A stretch of 64,000 nt of DNA from NCBI RefSeq assembly GCF_963921235.1, contig NC_086108.1:15810001-15874000 (forward strand). The letters are read 5' to 3'. This DNA comes from Mobula hypostoma. Lineage: Eukaryota. The number at the start of each line of letters is the position of its first letter. The stretch's first letter is position 1. The notes below the pieces were generated by a model. It had not been told where the DNA came from and did no database searches. It saw nothing but the letters and a program-made list of their open reading frames with translations. The position numbers and the translations under genes were made by a program. Shown one piece after another: positions 13,520 through 25,929 of this stretch.

Positions 13520-13870
13520 CCACACGCTCCTTAGAGTGCCTGCGCAATCACATACAAATCCTCCTCTTCATTATTGTATCCAGTACACCCAATGTGGCCT
13601 ATTTTACGTTAGTGAAATCAGAATCAAACTAGGTATCAGTTTATCTGAAAATCTCTGCTCCATCGTGAAACTCCCAGTTGCCAGCCATTTTAATTCCCTT
13701 CCCCATTCCCACAAACATGTCTGCCCTCCATTGCCAGGCTGAGACTAAACACAGACTGGAGTATGAGTAACTCATTTTCCACCTGGCTAGTCTACACCCA
13801 TCCCCTACTACTTTTCTCCGTAGATACTGTTTAACCCACTCAGTTTCTCTGCCAGTTTGTATGTTGGTCA
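13520..13870 (+). mobile_element. Degraded Penelope-like GIY-YIG fragment
   Basis: ORF 13536-13742 YCIQYTQCGLFYVSE...PVASHFNSLPHSH is homologous to the GIY-YIG region at 3840-4045. Confidence 0.7.
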
Positions 13871-16183
13871 AGCCATAAGCAAGATTAGAAAATCTGTGTC
13901 TGTTTTGACAAGGATATTGATTTTTATTTATTTAATGACAGAGGCACAGAATACCAAAGCAGGGAGTTTCTGTTAACACTGTGTAAATACTGGTTTGTCC
14001 ACAGCTAGAGTACTGTTTGCAGTTCTGAGCACCACATTATAGCAAGGATGGGAAAATTCTCAAGGGCATTGCCAAGGCTGAAGCACTGTTGTGATAAGGA
14101 GGGGCTGTCTAGGCTCAAAGGAGATAGAGGAGACATTTAACTGAATTGTATAAAATTAGGAATCTCAGATAGGTTCAATGAGAAAAGCGCTTGTACCTTT
14201 GGTGTAGTTTAATTAGTGGGAGGATTGGAGAAGATCCGAGGAAATTTTTTTTGTATAAAGTCTGCTGGGATATGGAACTCTGCAGCTAAAAGTACAGTGA
14301 AGGATTTCATGTCCATGGATAAGTAACGATTCATTACCTACAAGGCCATATACAAAGGGTTGCCAAGTCCCAAGGCAACACAGTGGCACAGCTGCATCAT
14401 ATCCCCAGCAACCCACTGACACTTGGTGCTATCTATGTGGATTTGCACATTCTCCCTATGACTGAATGGGTTTCCCCTGAGTGCTCTGTTCTCCTGCCAC
14501 AGCCAGATACCTGCAGGTTGAAAAGTTAATTGGCCAATGTGAAGAAACTCTATTGGTAGCAGGAGGGAGTTGATGTGCATGTGATAGAGAATAAGTTACC
14601 AGAAATAAGGAGAGGAATGGGATTTCTCTGACACCTGTTACAAAAACAGATCTTTCAGCCTAAACATGAGACCATAGTAAGACAATAAGATATAGGAGCA
14701 GAAGTAGGCCATTCGGCCCATCGAGCCTACTCCACCATTCCATCATGGCTGATTTATTATCCCTCTCAGCCCTATTCTTCTGCCTTCTCCCCGTAAGCAT
14801 TGACATCCTGACTAATCAAGAACCTATCAACCTCTACTTTAAATATACCCAGTGACATGGCCTGCACATCTGTCTATGGCAATGAATTCCACAGGTTCAC
14901 CATCCTCTGATTAAAGAAATTCCTGCTCATCTCTTTTCTAAATGGACAACTTTCATTTGGCTGTACCCTCTGGTCCTAGGTTCACCCGTTATAGGAAACG
15001 TCCTCTCCATATTCACTCTATCTAGGCCTTTCAATATTCGATAGGTTTCATTGAGATTCCTCCCCCTCCCAGTTCTTCTATACTCCAGCAAACGCAGGGC
15101 AGAGCCATCAAATGCTTTTCGTACGTTCACAATTTCGTTCCGGAATCATTCTCATGAACCTCCTCTGGATCCTCTCCAATGCCAGCATGTCTCTTCTTAT
15201 TTAAGAGGCCCTAAACTGCTTACACTACTGTGGTCTGACCAGTGGCTTATAAAGCTTCAGTGTTATATCCTTGCTTTTATATTTTAGTCCTCTCAAAATG
15301 AATGCTAACATTGCATTTGCACTCCTTACGATCGACTCAACCTGCAAGTTAATCTTTAGGGAATCCTGCACAAGGACTTCCAAGTCCCTTTGTACCTCTG
15401 GTTTGTGAATTTTCTCTCTGTTCACAAAATTGTCTATGCCTTTATTGCTTCTAACAAAATGCATGACCATACACTTCCCTACACTGTATTCTATCTGCCA
15501 TTTCATTTCCCATTCTCCTAATCTATCTAAATCCTAACTTCCCCTCCACTTATCTTCATATCGTTTGCAAACTTGGCCACAAAGCCATCAATTGTGTCAT
15601 CCAAATCATTGACATATAATGTGAAAAGCAGTAGTCCCAGCACTGATCCTGTGGAACACCACTAGTATCCGGCACCCAACCAGAAGAGACTCCCTTTATT
15701 CACACTCTTTGCCTCCTGCCAGCCAGCCAATCCTCTGCCCATGTAATACCATGGGCTTCTCTCTTGTTAAGCTGCTTCATGTGGGGCACCTTGTCAAAGG
15801 CCTTCTGAAAGTCCAAGAAAACAACATTCTCTGACTTTCCTTTGTCTATCCTGCCTGTTATTTCCTCAAATAATTCCAGTAGATTTGTCAGAAAAGATTT
15901 CCCCTGAAGAAAAGGTTGGTGACTTCGGCCTATTTTATCATATGCCCTCAAATACCCCAAAACTTCATTCTTTAATAATGGATTTCAATGTCTTTCTAAC
16001 TACTGAAGTCAGGCTAACTGCCTCTCTTCTTAAAAAATGGAGTGAAATTTGAATTTTCCAGTTCTCCAGAACCATTCGAGAATCTAGTGATTCTTGAAAG
16101 ATCATTACTAATGCCTCCACAATCTCTTCAGCTGCCTCTTCCAGAAACCTAGAGTGTCGTCCATCTGGTCCAGGTGACTTATC

Positions 16184-16329
16184 TGATAATGTTCAAACAA
16201 CAAAGACAAGATTTTCCTTCATTTTAACAGCTTTACCATTCAAGTTTGGTACACTAGGCTGCCATTTTCTTACCCACAGTTCCCCCCCAACATCCCTCAT
16301 GCGCATGCCCAAATGAACAGAACTCAACA
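16184..16329 (-). repeat. 3' LTR of the copia element (146 bp)
   Basis: TG...CA ends; direct repeat of 19332-19479 (shared ttcaaacaa.aaagacaagatttt, tacactaggctgccatttt, agaactcaaca). Confidence 0.9.
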
Positions 16330-19310
16330 ATGTCCAATTCTTTTTATGTCTATAAATAATTAAATGTCCAGTGGTTTAGTTATATTACTTTTACCTTGAG
16401 TTGTTAGGCCTTTGTAGCTGACAATAGCACAAGATGAATTTTCTGTGCTTGGACGAGTTCCTTGATGCTGCTCATCTCACAACCTCTCCTCTGTAATTGT
16501 CTTGGTGGATTTGATGGCATCAACCAGAGATTAGTAATCTGTGATACAAGTTATTTGTAGAGTATTCTTCTTTGGGTCACCATGGACAAGCTCAGGATAG
16601 AGTATGGCCAGATAAATGGCATTGTCAATACTATCAGATATTTCAGGAGTTTCTCCTGCCAGCATACTACGTTCAACTCTTCGAATCCTTTTTGATTGCC
16701 AACAGAGAGATGAAAATCTTCCCTCTTCTCCCATCAGTACAATAAAATGTCCTCCTTGAGTACCTCCATCGTTGAGATATCCAACTGAGGCATCACTGAA
16801 GGCAACAAGTTTCAGTGAACCATCTTTTCCAAGCTGTTGAAACTTCAAGACTACTTTTTCAGATTGAAATCTGTGCACTATCTTGTTTGACTCATGTAAA
16901 GTTTATACTGTGGCATTTCTTTGTGCTGGATGCCAAGTTGCAGGTATCAAACATGATGTCAGGTCTGCTAGTCTTGCCACCCATAGAATCTGACCAACCT
17001 TTGACCTGAGTTGCGCAGCTACAGCCTCTCTGAGGGGTGCATCCCGCTGTATGGCACATAAGGATTCCATGTGGATTGTCTGAAGATTCCTGATGTAGCT
17101 TTCTTGATGCAGTTATACTATTCCGTCAACAGCAAGGATGTATATCCCTACATACCAGAATCTGTCAATTTCTTCATGTCCAACTTGAAAGGCTGACTTT
17201 AGCTCAGGGATGACTGTTGTGGCAAAGTTTTGTGAGCCTCCCCGTCACGTATTTCCCATCTGTAGGATGGAGCTGAGCTCTCACAGCTCTTTGAATTCTG
17301 TCTGAACGCTCTGCCTCAGTGAAAGCCTTCCTGGAAGTGTAGTGCTGAAATATGTTTCCCAGCCCACTCACTCCTTGTGCCCTCTAGAGCAGGTGGCCTG
17401 TCAACCAGTACAGAGGGGAAGTTCGGATTCTGGCCGATCGCCAACTGATACAGGCTATAGCCATGTATATTTGTGCATAGTATTCTTTGCCATAAGGGTT
17501 AAACCCAGGGCTGTGTTCCAGTCACAGCAGTTGATCTTCTTTACCTTCAGCATTATTTTGGTAAGCGTTTGATTGTGTTGCCCCATAAGTCCATTACTCC
17601 AAGGACTGTATGCTGCTGTTGTCTTTGTTTCAACGTTGAAGTTCTCCAAATTCATCGTTATTAAATTTGCCATCATTATTTCTGAATTCTTTCCAAGGTG
17701 GACCATGCACACTTATCCAGGAATAGATGAAGTTTTTTTTAATATCTCTAAGAGTTTCTTTGTGTTTACAATGCTATCAGCACTGAAATGTGTGAACTCA
17801 TCAATAATGTGGACATACCACACTCTTTGCTCAAGTTCATGTAGGTCTACGTTTCATTCTATTCAGACACTGGTGGCAGACCAACTGCAGGCTTGGGTTT
17901 GGGCTTTACAAACTTTTGGCATGTCTCAAAGCTGTCAACTATCTGCTTTAGAATTGAAGAATAGTCTGCATCTTTGTTTCCTGAACTCGTGAGCAGTTTC
18001 TGAAGTCATCAGTTGAAGCGTGTCCAAACTGTTTGTGAAGCTTGAGCAACACTTTACGTTTCTCATCTGGGGTCATGTTCTCTGTGACAGTTAGTGCTTC
18101 ATTCTCACATTGATTCTCAGTAATGTCTTTATCTAGAATGTTCACACAGTAATGTCCAGAGCTGGTAAGCTCAAGAGACACTGGCTGTGGAAACATCGTT
18201 GCTTGATCATTCTCCATATCCAAAACTGCCCCTGCTTTCTTATGGGAAGTTTTACTCAGGAATAATGGAATGTTCACTGTTACCACCTCAGTTTCAATGT
18301 AACATTTTGTCTGCCCTATTTTTATAAGAGTTTTCACTCTTTTGGTAGAATGTACAATCTTTTTATCTGCAAATGTTAATGCTTTGTTTCTGGGTTCACT
18401 AGTTTCTGCACTTCTTTCTGGTTTAGTTCACTTACATAGCTTTCAAGCCACTTTCTGCACACACTGTGCGTGTGCATACTGTATCAATAACAGCAGATGC
18501 TAGAGGTTCTATCATCAAAATCTCTGTATCAGATGTCTCTGCACTAGCAAACGATTCCTTTGGAAACAATGTAATAAGGCACTCTAAATTTTCAGAGTTG
18601 TTATTTTCTTCATTCAACTTAACTTGTTTAGTTATATGTGGACAGTTTTTTTGCCCAGTGATAAGTATTTTGATAAACCGCACATTTCGATCTCCTACCG
18701 TACTATTTAGTGGATTTGTGTCAGGTAATAGCACCCTTGTCTGATCGCTCTGGGACCTACTCCTGCTTTTCTTTAGTTGCATAACAGTAGTAGTTTCCTG
18801 ACGCAAACTAATCCTGACTTGTCTTGGCAGCTTTTTCTCCAAAAATCCTCTTCAGCACCGATTTCAGAGATGCAAATTTAAGTTTTGTACATGCAGTCAA
18901 TGCTAGCTGTCTGTCCTTTATGTCTACACATGCAGTATCCAGCAATTTAAATGCTCATACTGCATCAGGAAGTTCCATTCTGTATTTAAGCATATGACTG
19001 TACTTTTGTTCAAAATCAGTAATATAATCAATCATATTTATAGAAGGGTTTCTGGAAATTTTGTCTAATTCTAAATATGGCTCATAAATCTGATCCTTTT
19101 CTTCCTTCAGAAAAACTGAATCAAGTGCGTTTCAAGTCTTCCACCAAGATTCCCATCATGATTTCTCTTGCTCTTTCCGAAAGCGACAGTACATCTACAA
19201 GGGCCTGCTTCTTCTTCTCAAGCTTCATAACATGAATCCATATTCCAATTTCATTTTCCCGGCTTTGGTAAGGCTTGTTCTCATCAAATGCCAGCGGGAT
19301 CCTGAAATTG

Positions 19311-19330
19311 GAAACCATCCTCTGCTATCA
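19311..19330 (-). promoter_or_regulatory. Primer binding site for initiator tRNA-Met
   Basis: The + strand gaaaccatcctctgctatca matches the vertebrate tRNA-iMet 3' end (GAAACCATCCTCTGCTACCA) with one mismatch and lies 1 nt from the 5' LTR. Confidence 0.9.
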
Positions 19331-19331
19331 T

Positions 19332-19479
19332 CGGTAACATTCAAACAATAAAGACAAGATTTTCTTTCGTTTTAACAACTTTGCTTTCTCCATTCACATT
19401 TAATACACTAGGCTGCCATTTTTTACCCACAATTCCACCCAACCTACTCGTGTGTAGGCCCAATGAATAGAACTCAACA
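19332..19479 (-). repeat. 5' LTR of the copia element (148 bp)
   Basis: Starts TGTTGAG on -, homologous to 16184-16329, followed by the PBS. Confidence 0.9.
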
Positions 19480-22469
19480 TTATTTACTTACAAGCCTTTC
19501 AGCTTCCCAAGCACCTCCTGCTTAGTAATTGCAACTACACTCCTGCCCCTGACAGTCTTGAATATCTGGCTTACTGCTAGTGTCTTCCACAGTGAAGAGT
19601 AATGCAAAGTATTTATTAACTTCGTCCAACATTTCTTTGTCCCCATTACTACTTCTCCAGCATCATTTTCTAGCAGTCCAATATCCACTCTGTCCTCTGT
19701 TTTACTCTTCATATAATCTGAAAAAAACTTCCCTAAGTATCTTCTTTTATATTTTTGGCTAGCTTGCCTTCATATTTCACCTTTTCTCTTCTTATGCTTT
19801 TTAAGTTGTCTTTTGTTGGTTTTAAAAAGCTTTTGAATCCTTTAACCTCTCTCTAATTTTTACTGAGTTACAAAATACAGGTGAACTAAGATGTTAACTG
19901 TCCTGTGTTATCACCAGTGGGATCATCAGTTGATCTGCCACCTGTCTTCAGGAGTTTCGGCCCGCTTATGATCAAGACTCCCTCGAGGTGGTGGGCCAGC
20001 AGTGCTAAAGCACCACCTCCCACTGGTGAGCTTAAAAGCTTGGCATCTGCCTCTATCAGAGTTGTTGGTCACTTCCATCCAACAGATACCAGCCATGGTT
20101 GCGTCACCTCCCTTTAGAATACTACTTCATCTTTGGGATGTACAGTATTTACCCTGTGCCTTATAAATTGCTGCCAAGAATCTCCAACCATTACTGTTCT
20201 GCCATCATCCGTGCTAGTGTCCCCTTCAAATCAACTTTGGCCACCTCCTTACTTATGCCTCTGTAATTCTGATACATCTCAGTTTATCTTCTCCCTCTCA
20301 AACTTCATATTATGATCGTTCAGGGTTCCTTTACCTTAAGCTCCCTAATCCTTCATTACACAATACCCAATCCAGAATTGTCCTAGACTACTCAACCACA
20401 AACTGCTCTAAAGAGCTATCTTGAAGGCTTTCTACAAATTCTATCTCAGCACCAATCTGATTTTCCCAATCTACATTCATATGGAGATCCTACATGACTA
20501 TTGTACCATGCCCTTTTTACATGCCTTCCATTGTTACTTATATCCCACATCAAAGCCCTGTATATAATTCACATCAAGGGCTTTTTAGCCTTGTGATTTC
20601 TTAACTCTACCCACAAAGTTTCTATATTTTCCAAACCTCTATCACCTCTTCTAAGGATTTGATTTCATTTTTTACCAACAGAGCCACGCCACCCCCTTTG
20701 CCTACTTGCCTGTGCATTTGATACAATGTATATCCTTTGATGTTAAACTCCCAACTATGGTCGTCTTTCAGCCATGACTCAGTGATGTACACAACTTCAT
20801 ACCTGCCAATCTCTAACTGCACTATGAGATCATCTACATTATTCCGTATACTGCAGCCATTCAAATATAACACCTTCGGTCCTGTATTCATCACCCTTTA
20901 TGATTTTGCCCCCGTTACACTTCAACTCATCCCACTGACTGCAATGTTGCCCTATCATCTGCCTGTCCTTCCTCACAGTCTCATTACACACAACATTTGG
21001 TTGTATACCAACTGCCCCATCATTCCAGTTGCCATCTTCCTGCCAAATTAGTTTAAACCCTCCCCAACAATTGTAGAATAACTGTCCACAAAGATGTTGA
21101 TCCTCCTCAGGTTCAGCTGTAACCCATTCTTTTTGTGCAGGTTATACATTCCCCAGTAGCATCACAGGCATAGAGCAGTGTTCACAAGATAAATATAAAC
21201 AAAATTATACATGAGAAAAACATAATTGGAACAAAAAAACTAAGTCCACTGTTGCTGTACTGAGGTAGTGATTAGGGTTGTACAAGTTGTTTTAAGAACT
21301 GAATGGTTGAAGGGAAGTAGCTGTTCTTGAACCTGATAGAGTTGGACTTCAAGCTTCTGTACCTCCTGCCTGGTGATAGATAGTGGAGCCCTTCGATAAC
21401 TACTCAGACCATTAGAGATCATTCAAGTTACTGAGTGATTTAAAAAGTCATTTTAAAAACTGAAGAATTTAAAATAAAAAACATTTGACAATCAGATAAA
21501 TTGAAACAATTTGAAAGAAACTTAAAAATGTTGAAACCTGCCTTAGATCCAGCAGCAGATCACCTTATGTACTGCCCGTGGAGAAAGAGTTAGTGTGCCA
21601 GCTCCAGACCACTGCAGGTTGTTCTGACAGATTCGAGAGCAGGAGAAATGTCACAGCTTAAAGCTTAGCAATTCTAGCCTTGAGAAGTAGCCATGAAAAA
21701 AATACTGCAAACAACTGTCAGAAGTTCAGAAAATACTACTCGTCATCCTCGGGAGATGCTGTGGAATTCTCTTTGGAGTTTTATCATGGGGAGAGATTAG
21801 AAGGTGGATAGAGAAGTTGATTTATTATGTGCTCTGAGTTTGAAAAATGCAGTATCCCCTCTGACTTCTAAGAGCTACTAACTGGGGACTACTTGGTGGA
21901 AAGGCATGGAGAACCTCCAGTATCAAGAGCACAAAGGAACACTGTGTGAACAGAGTAAGGAGTGTTTCACCTCGCATGTTATCCTATCTGCCTATCAAAC
22001 TAGCTGAATCCTGCCCCACCCATTCCTTCATCGTCACTTCAAAACTAGAGAGGACACAAATCACCCTTGATTCCCAGGGGCTCTCTGTTTTCCTGTGAGG
22101 TGTTTATTATGTAGTGTAGCAGCAGCCACAAGGGGATTACTCTCTAAAGAGAAGCTTCCTTTGCACACCATTGGCCACACAAATCACGTGCTCATTATTT
22201 TGGAGCTGAAACTACTAAATTCTTAACCTTTAGTTTACAGAGGTTACACTGTTGCACATGACATCAATGCAGTATGGGCTAACTACATCCTTACCTTGTT
22301 TCTCACCTTCTAAGAACTGGGACACATGCTGCAGACCACAGATGGTTAAATTTGAACAAGGATTTTTCCTTTGGTCACACTACAGACAGTACCAGACTAG
22401 GTCATCAGATTTATTCCACACCAGATCTAATGTACAGGTTATAGGGTTCCTAACGATTCATAAAATCAT

Positions 22470-23180
22470 TGAGTCATACAGCACAGAAAAAGGTCCTTTG
22501 CTGCAACTCATCCATACCAATCAAGTTGTCCATCTACGCTAGTCCCATTTTCCCACATTTGGCCTGTATCCCCCAAAACTTTCCTATGCATATACCTGTC
22601 CAGTTTTTTTTATATACCTGTCCAGTTGTTTCTTTAATGTTGTTATTGTACCTGCCTCAACCACTTCCTTAACCAGCTTGTCATTATATATACCACCTTT
22701 TGTGTGACAAACTTGCCCCTCTGGCCCCCTTTTACAATAACCTATGGCTTATGATTTAGATTCCTCAACCCTGTGAGAAAGACTGTGACTATCAATCCTA
22801 CGAATGGCCCTCATGATTTTATGAATCTCTATAAGGTCAACTCTCAGCCTTCTTCACTCATAAGGAAACAGTCCTACCCTATCTGGTATCTTCTTGTAAC
22901 TCAAGCCCTCCAGTCCCAGGAACATCCTTTTGGGTCTTTTATGGTGACTAGAACCGCACACAATTGGCCCAGTATGGTTACAACAATGTCTTGTACAGAT
23001 GTAACAAGGCATCCTGATTCTTGTATTCAGTGCCCCAACTGATGAAAGCAGGCATGACTACTGCCTTTTCCACCAACCCCTTGCCGCTTTCACAAATTAC
23101 GTACATCCTGATGAACCTGTTCCACTCCTTCTCCAAAGCCTCTATATTCTTCCAGTAATGCTGCAGCCAGAACTACACAC
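22470..23180 (-). mobile_element. CR1 3' fragment, degraded
   Basis: gagtcatacagcacagaaa tail and antisense CR1 3' motifs. Confidence 0.6.
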
Positions 23181-24834
23181 AGTACTCCTAAATTAAAGAA
23201 TGAAATAAATCAGTTAGAAACATATGTACAAAGATAAAATGATTGGAAACGTTATATGTTAAAATAAAGTTTAGAATAATAGTTACCTTCCTAATGAAAG
23301 CCTGAACAAGTTTTCAAATACTGGCCAAAAGCTGGGGCATCAGATGCATTTGGGGTCAGCAACCTACGCACTCCACTATGTTGTGTGTAGGATAGAACGT
23401 GAGTGGTGGATGCAGTTGCTGGCATGCTGATTATAGCTTAGGCAGTTCTGCAGATATGTCTGTGCCTGACAATTACCTGAAACAGCAATGATCACTCTCC
23501 TTAGATGCTATCTGAGTATTTCTTAGATTCTTTATTTTTGTTTTAAGTTTCCAGTAAATGTCATATTTGTCATTTGGATTGTTTAACACTGCAGTCTAAC
23601 TGCCAACAAAGTGGATCTTCCTTTATGAAATTTGACAAACTTGTACAACGTATACATATAGCATGTCAAGTAATTAACAAAACTTGCCATGATCATTCTG
23701 GAATCACCAATTTGTCAGTGGTTGTTGGAAGAAATAAAGGCTAAATAAAACATTCAGTGTTTCATTATTAATAAACTGTGATGTTCATAGTTTGTTCATT
23801 AATTCTAAATATTTGAAATCAACAGCCAAGAGACCCGATGTTTTGTCAAGTACCAATATATTGTCCCAGCAAAGAATATGATTTGTAAGATTGGTCAGCA
23901 CATTTTCTAACAACTGTTTTTAGGGTTATCTGCTTGCTGAATAAGACACAAATGTTATAGAAGTACTGTTTATGGAACAATGCCATTGGAAAATTGCAAG
24001 TTTGGAGTTAGAGAAATGGAAATTAAGATTGAGTTCCAATTATCTGCACTTCCCATATTTGTCAGCTTGCATAAGGTTACTAAGTGACTTGAGTTACCCT
24101 TATGCAGTTTTGGAACAAATCACTAATGCTGCTGCTAGGAGTTCCCAAGGAGTACAGAGGAGGAACACCAGTGAGACAATGGGCAGGATGGCTCATCCAT
24201 TCAGCTGTTGCAGCCTCTGCACAAACACTGTTTGTGTGATGTATCTAGAGAGAAGTCACAGGGAAATTCTTGGTTTATCCCTCAGTTTCCAAAGTAAATG
24301 CCCTACATGCTATTTTGGCCTTCCAGTTTACTAGTCTTAATTGGGGCAAGATGCCTTTAGTTGAACTCAACAAGCAGACTTGATTCACTTTTAGTGCATC
24401 CCAAACTTCTTTTCAACCTACTTCTGAACTTTGTTCAGAAAATGGAAGCTGAAAGTTAATCAAGATGGTGGTTGGGGGAGGGGTAGCTTGGTCAAATAGA
24501 AACCTTTTTAGAAGCCATCTTTGGAAACTCAAAGCCATGAGCTGTTTTTGCAGTCAGGAAGTCAAATGGCTAAAAGAGAAAAGTGAGCTTACATCAATTC
24601 TTGTGTTGATGGAGGTGAATATGGGGATGTTTTAATAACCAAAGTCTACTTGTAAACAGAATATCCGGAAGTCACTCATGACTTTGGGAGGCTGGTGGAA
24701 ACAGATATGATAGTAGCAGTTCAGAAGCATGAGAATGTGGGCAATCGAGGGATATGAGTTGTGCAGGCAGATGGGGCTAGTTTAATTTGGCCTCATGTTC
24801 AGCACAAATACAGTGAGCTGATGATACCAACAGA

Positions 24835-25850
24835 TTTGCAGGTGAAGTGTTGCCTCACCTGGAAAGACTGTTTGGTGCCCTGAATGGAGTTGAAGGAAGA
24901 GCTGAATAGGTAGGTGTGGCAGTTCTTCCGCTTGCAATGATAAGTACCAGGAGGAAGATTAGTGGTGAGGGACAAATGGACAAGGGAATCATCGAGAAAG
25001 TGAACTCTGTGGAAAGTGGAAATGGGGGGAGGGAGTAGATATGTTTGGCGGTAGAATCCTGTTAAAGGTAGTGGAAATTCTAGAGAATGATGTGCTGGAT
25101 GCGGCAGCTCATGAGGTGGTAGGTAAGGACAAGAGGAACACTATCCCCATTAAGGCAGATGGGGTAAGTGCAGATGTCTGAGGAGTGGAGGAGATGCAAG
25201 TGAGGGTAGCATCAATTTTGGAGGAAGGGAAACCCTGTTCTTTGAAGAAGGACATCTCTGATTTCGTAGAAAGGAAAGACTCATACTGGGAGCGGATGCA
25301 GTGGAGTGAAGAAACTGAGAAAAGGGAATATCATTTTTACAGGTGATAGGGTGGGGAGAAGTATAGTCAGGATATTTGTGTGAGAGACAGTAAGTTTGTA
25401 AAAGATATCAATAGACAGTTTGTCCCCAGAGATGTAGACAGAGAAATCTAGAAAGCAAAGAGAAGTGTCATAAATTGATGGGCTCAGCATCAGTGCATGG
25501 AGCAGCACCAATGCAATCATCAATATAGTGCAGAAAATGTTGGGGAGCATTACCGGCAAAGGCTTGGAAAATGGACTGTTGCACATAGCCAGCAAAAAGG
25601 CGAGCATTGCTGGAACCCATACAAGTGTCCATGGCTACCCACTGGTTTTGAATACAGTGGGAGGAACAGAAAGAGAAATCGTTGAGTATCAGAACCAGTT
25701 CTACCAGTTGAAGGAGTGTGGTGGAACTGGTTCGGTCTGTTGTCAAGAGAAAAGTGGAGAGCTTTCTTGATGGGGGATAGAGACTGGACATCTGTGGTGA
25801 AAATGATGTGATCCGAGCTAGGGAATTGAAACTGGTGAAGAAATTGTGAG
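24835..25850 (-). mobile_element. Penelope-like retroelement RT/EN fragment, degraded
   Basis: ORF 25468-25791 ELVLILNDFSF...VAM.TCMGSS.A.LFAGYV...LHYIDDCIGAA is a PLE RT. ORF 25281-25607 FLDFSVYISGDKLSIDIFYK is the thumb. Confidence 0.85.
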
Positions 25851-25929
25851 CATAGCTGAATTACTTATCACAGGATACCCAGCCTCTGACTGTTCTTGTA
25901 GCCACATTTCTTGCATGTCTGAATACTCG

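Larger units (their letters stand above)
16184..19479 (-). mobile_element. Ty1/copia LTR retrotransposon, GalEa-like, decayed and internally deleted
   Basis: Domain order on - is gag (19121-19318), protease AVIDT(V)CTRTVC (18432-18842), integrase zinc finger LKLHKQFGHAS (17948-18337), integrase TAAYSPWSNGL (17455-17712), RT remnant (~16880-17245), RNase H VAFSDAS...WQSKRIRRV (16531-16878). Integrase before RT defines copia. Two LTRs, PBS and a 5-bp TSD ttatc/ttatt are present. Confidence 0.92.
14670..21170 (-). mobile_element. Long CR1 LINE (APE through RT and 3' end), split by a copia insertion at 16184-19479 and a short insert at ~19865-20090
   Basis: Minus-strand ORFs 20622-20894 (KVLYLN..SIRN, ITESWL = APE), 19488-19712, 15700-15960 ([12 protein letters not shown]), 15225-15506 and 14927-15130. 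The host sequence continues across the copia (ggtgacttatc | ttatttacttacaagcctttcagc). Confidence 0.9.

Noticed and set aside
19311..19330. tRNA-Met gene fragment
   Set aside because: Only 20 nt and adjacent to an LTR, so it is explained as a PBS.
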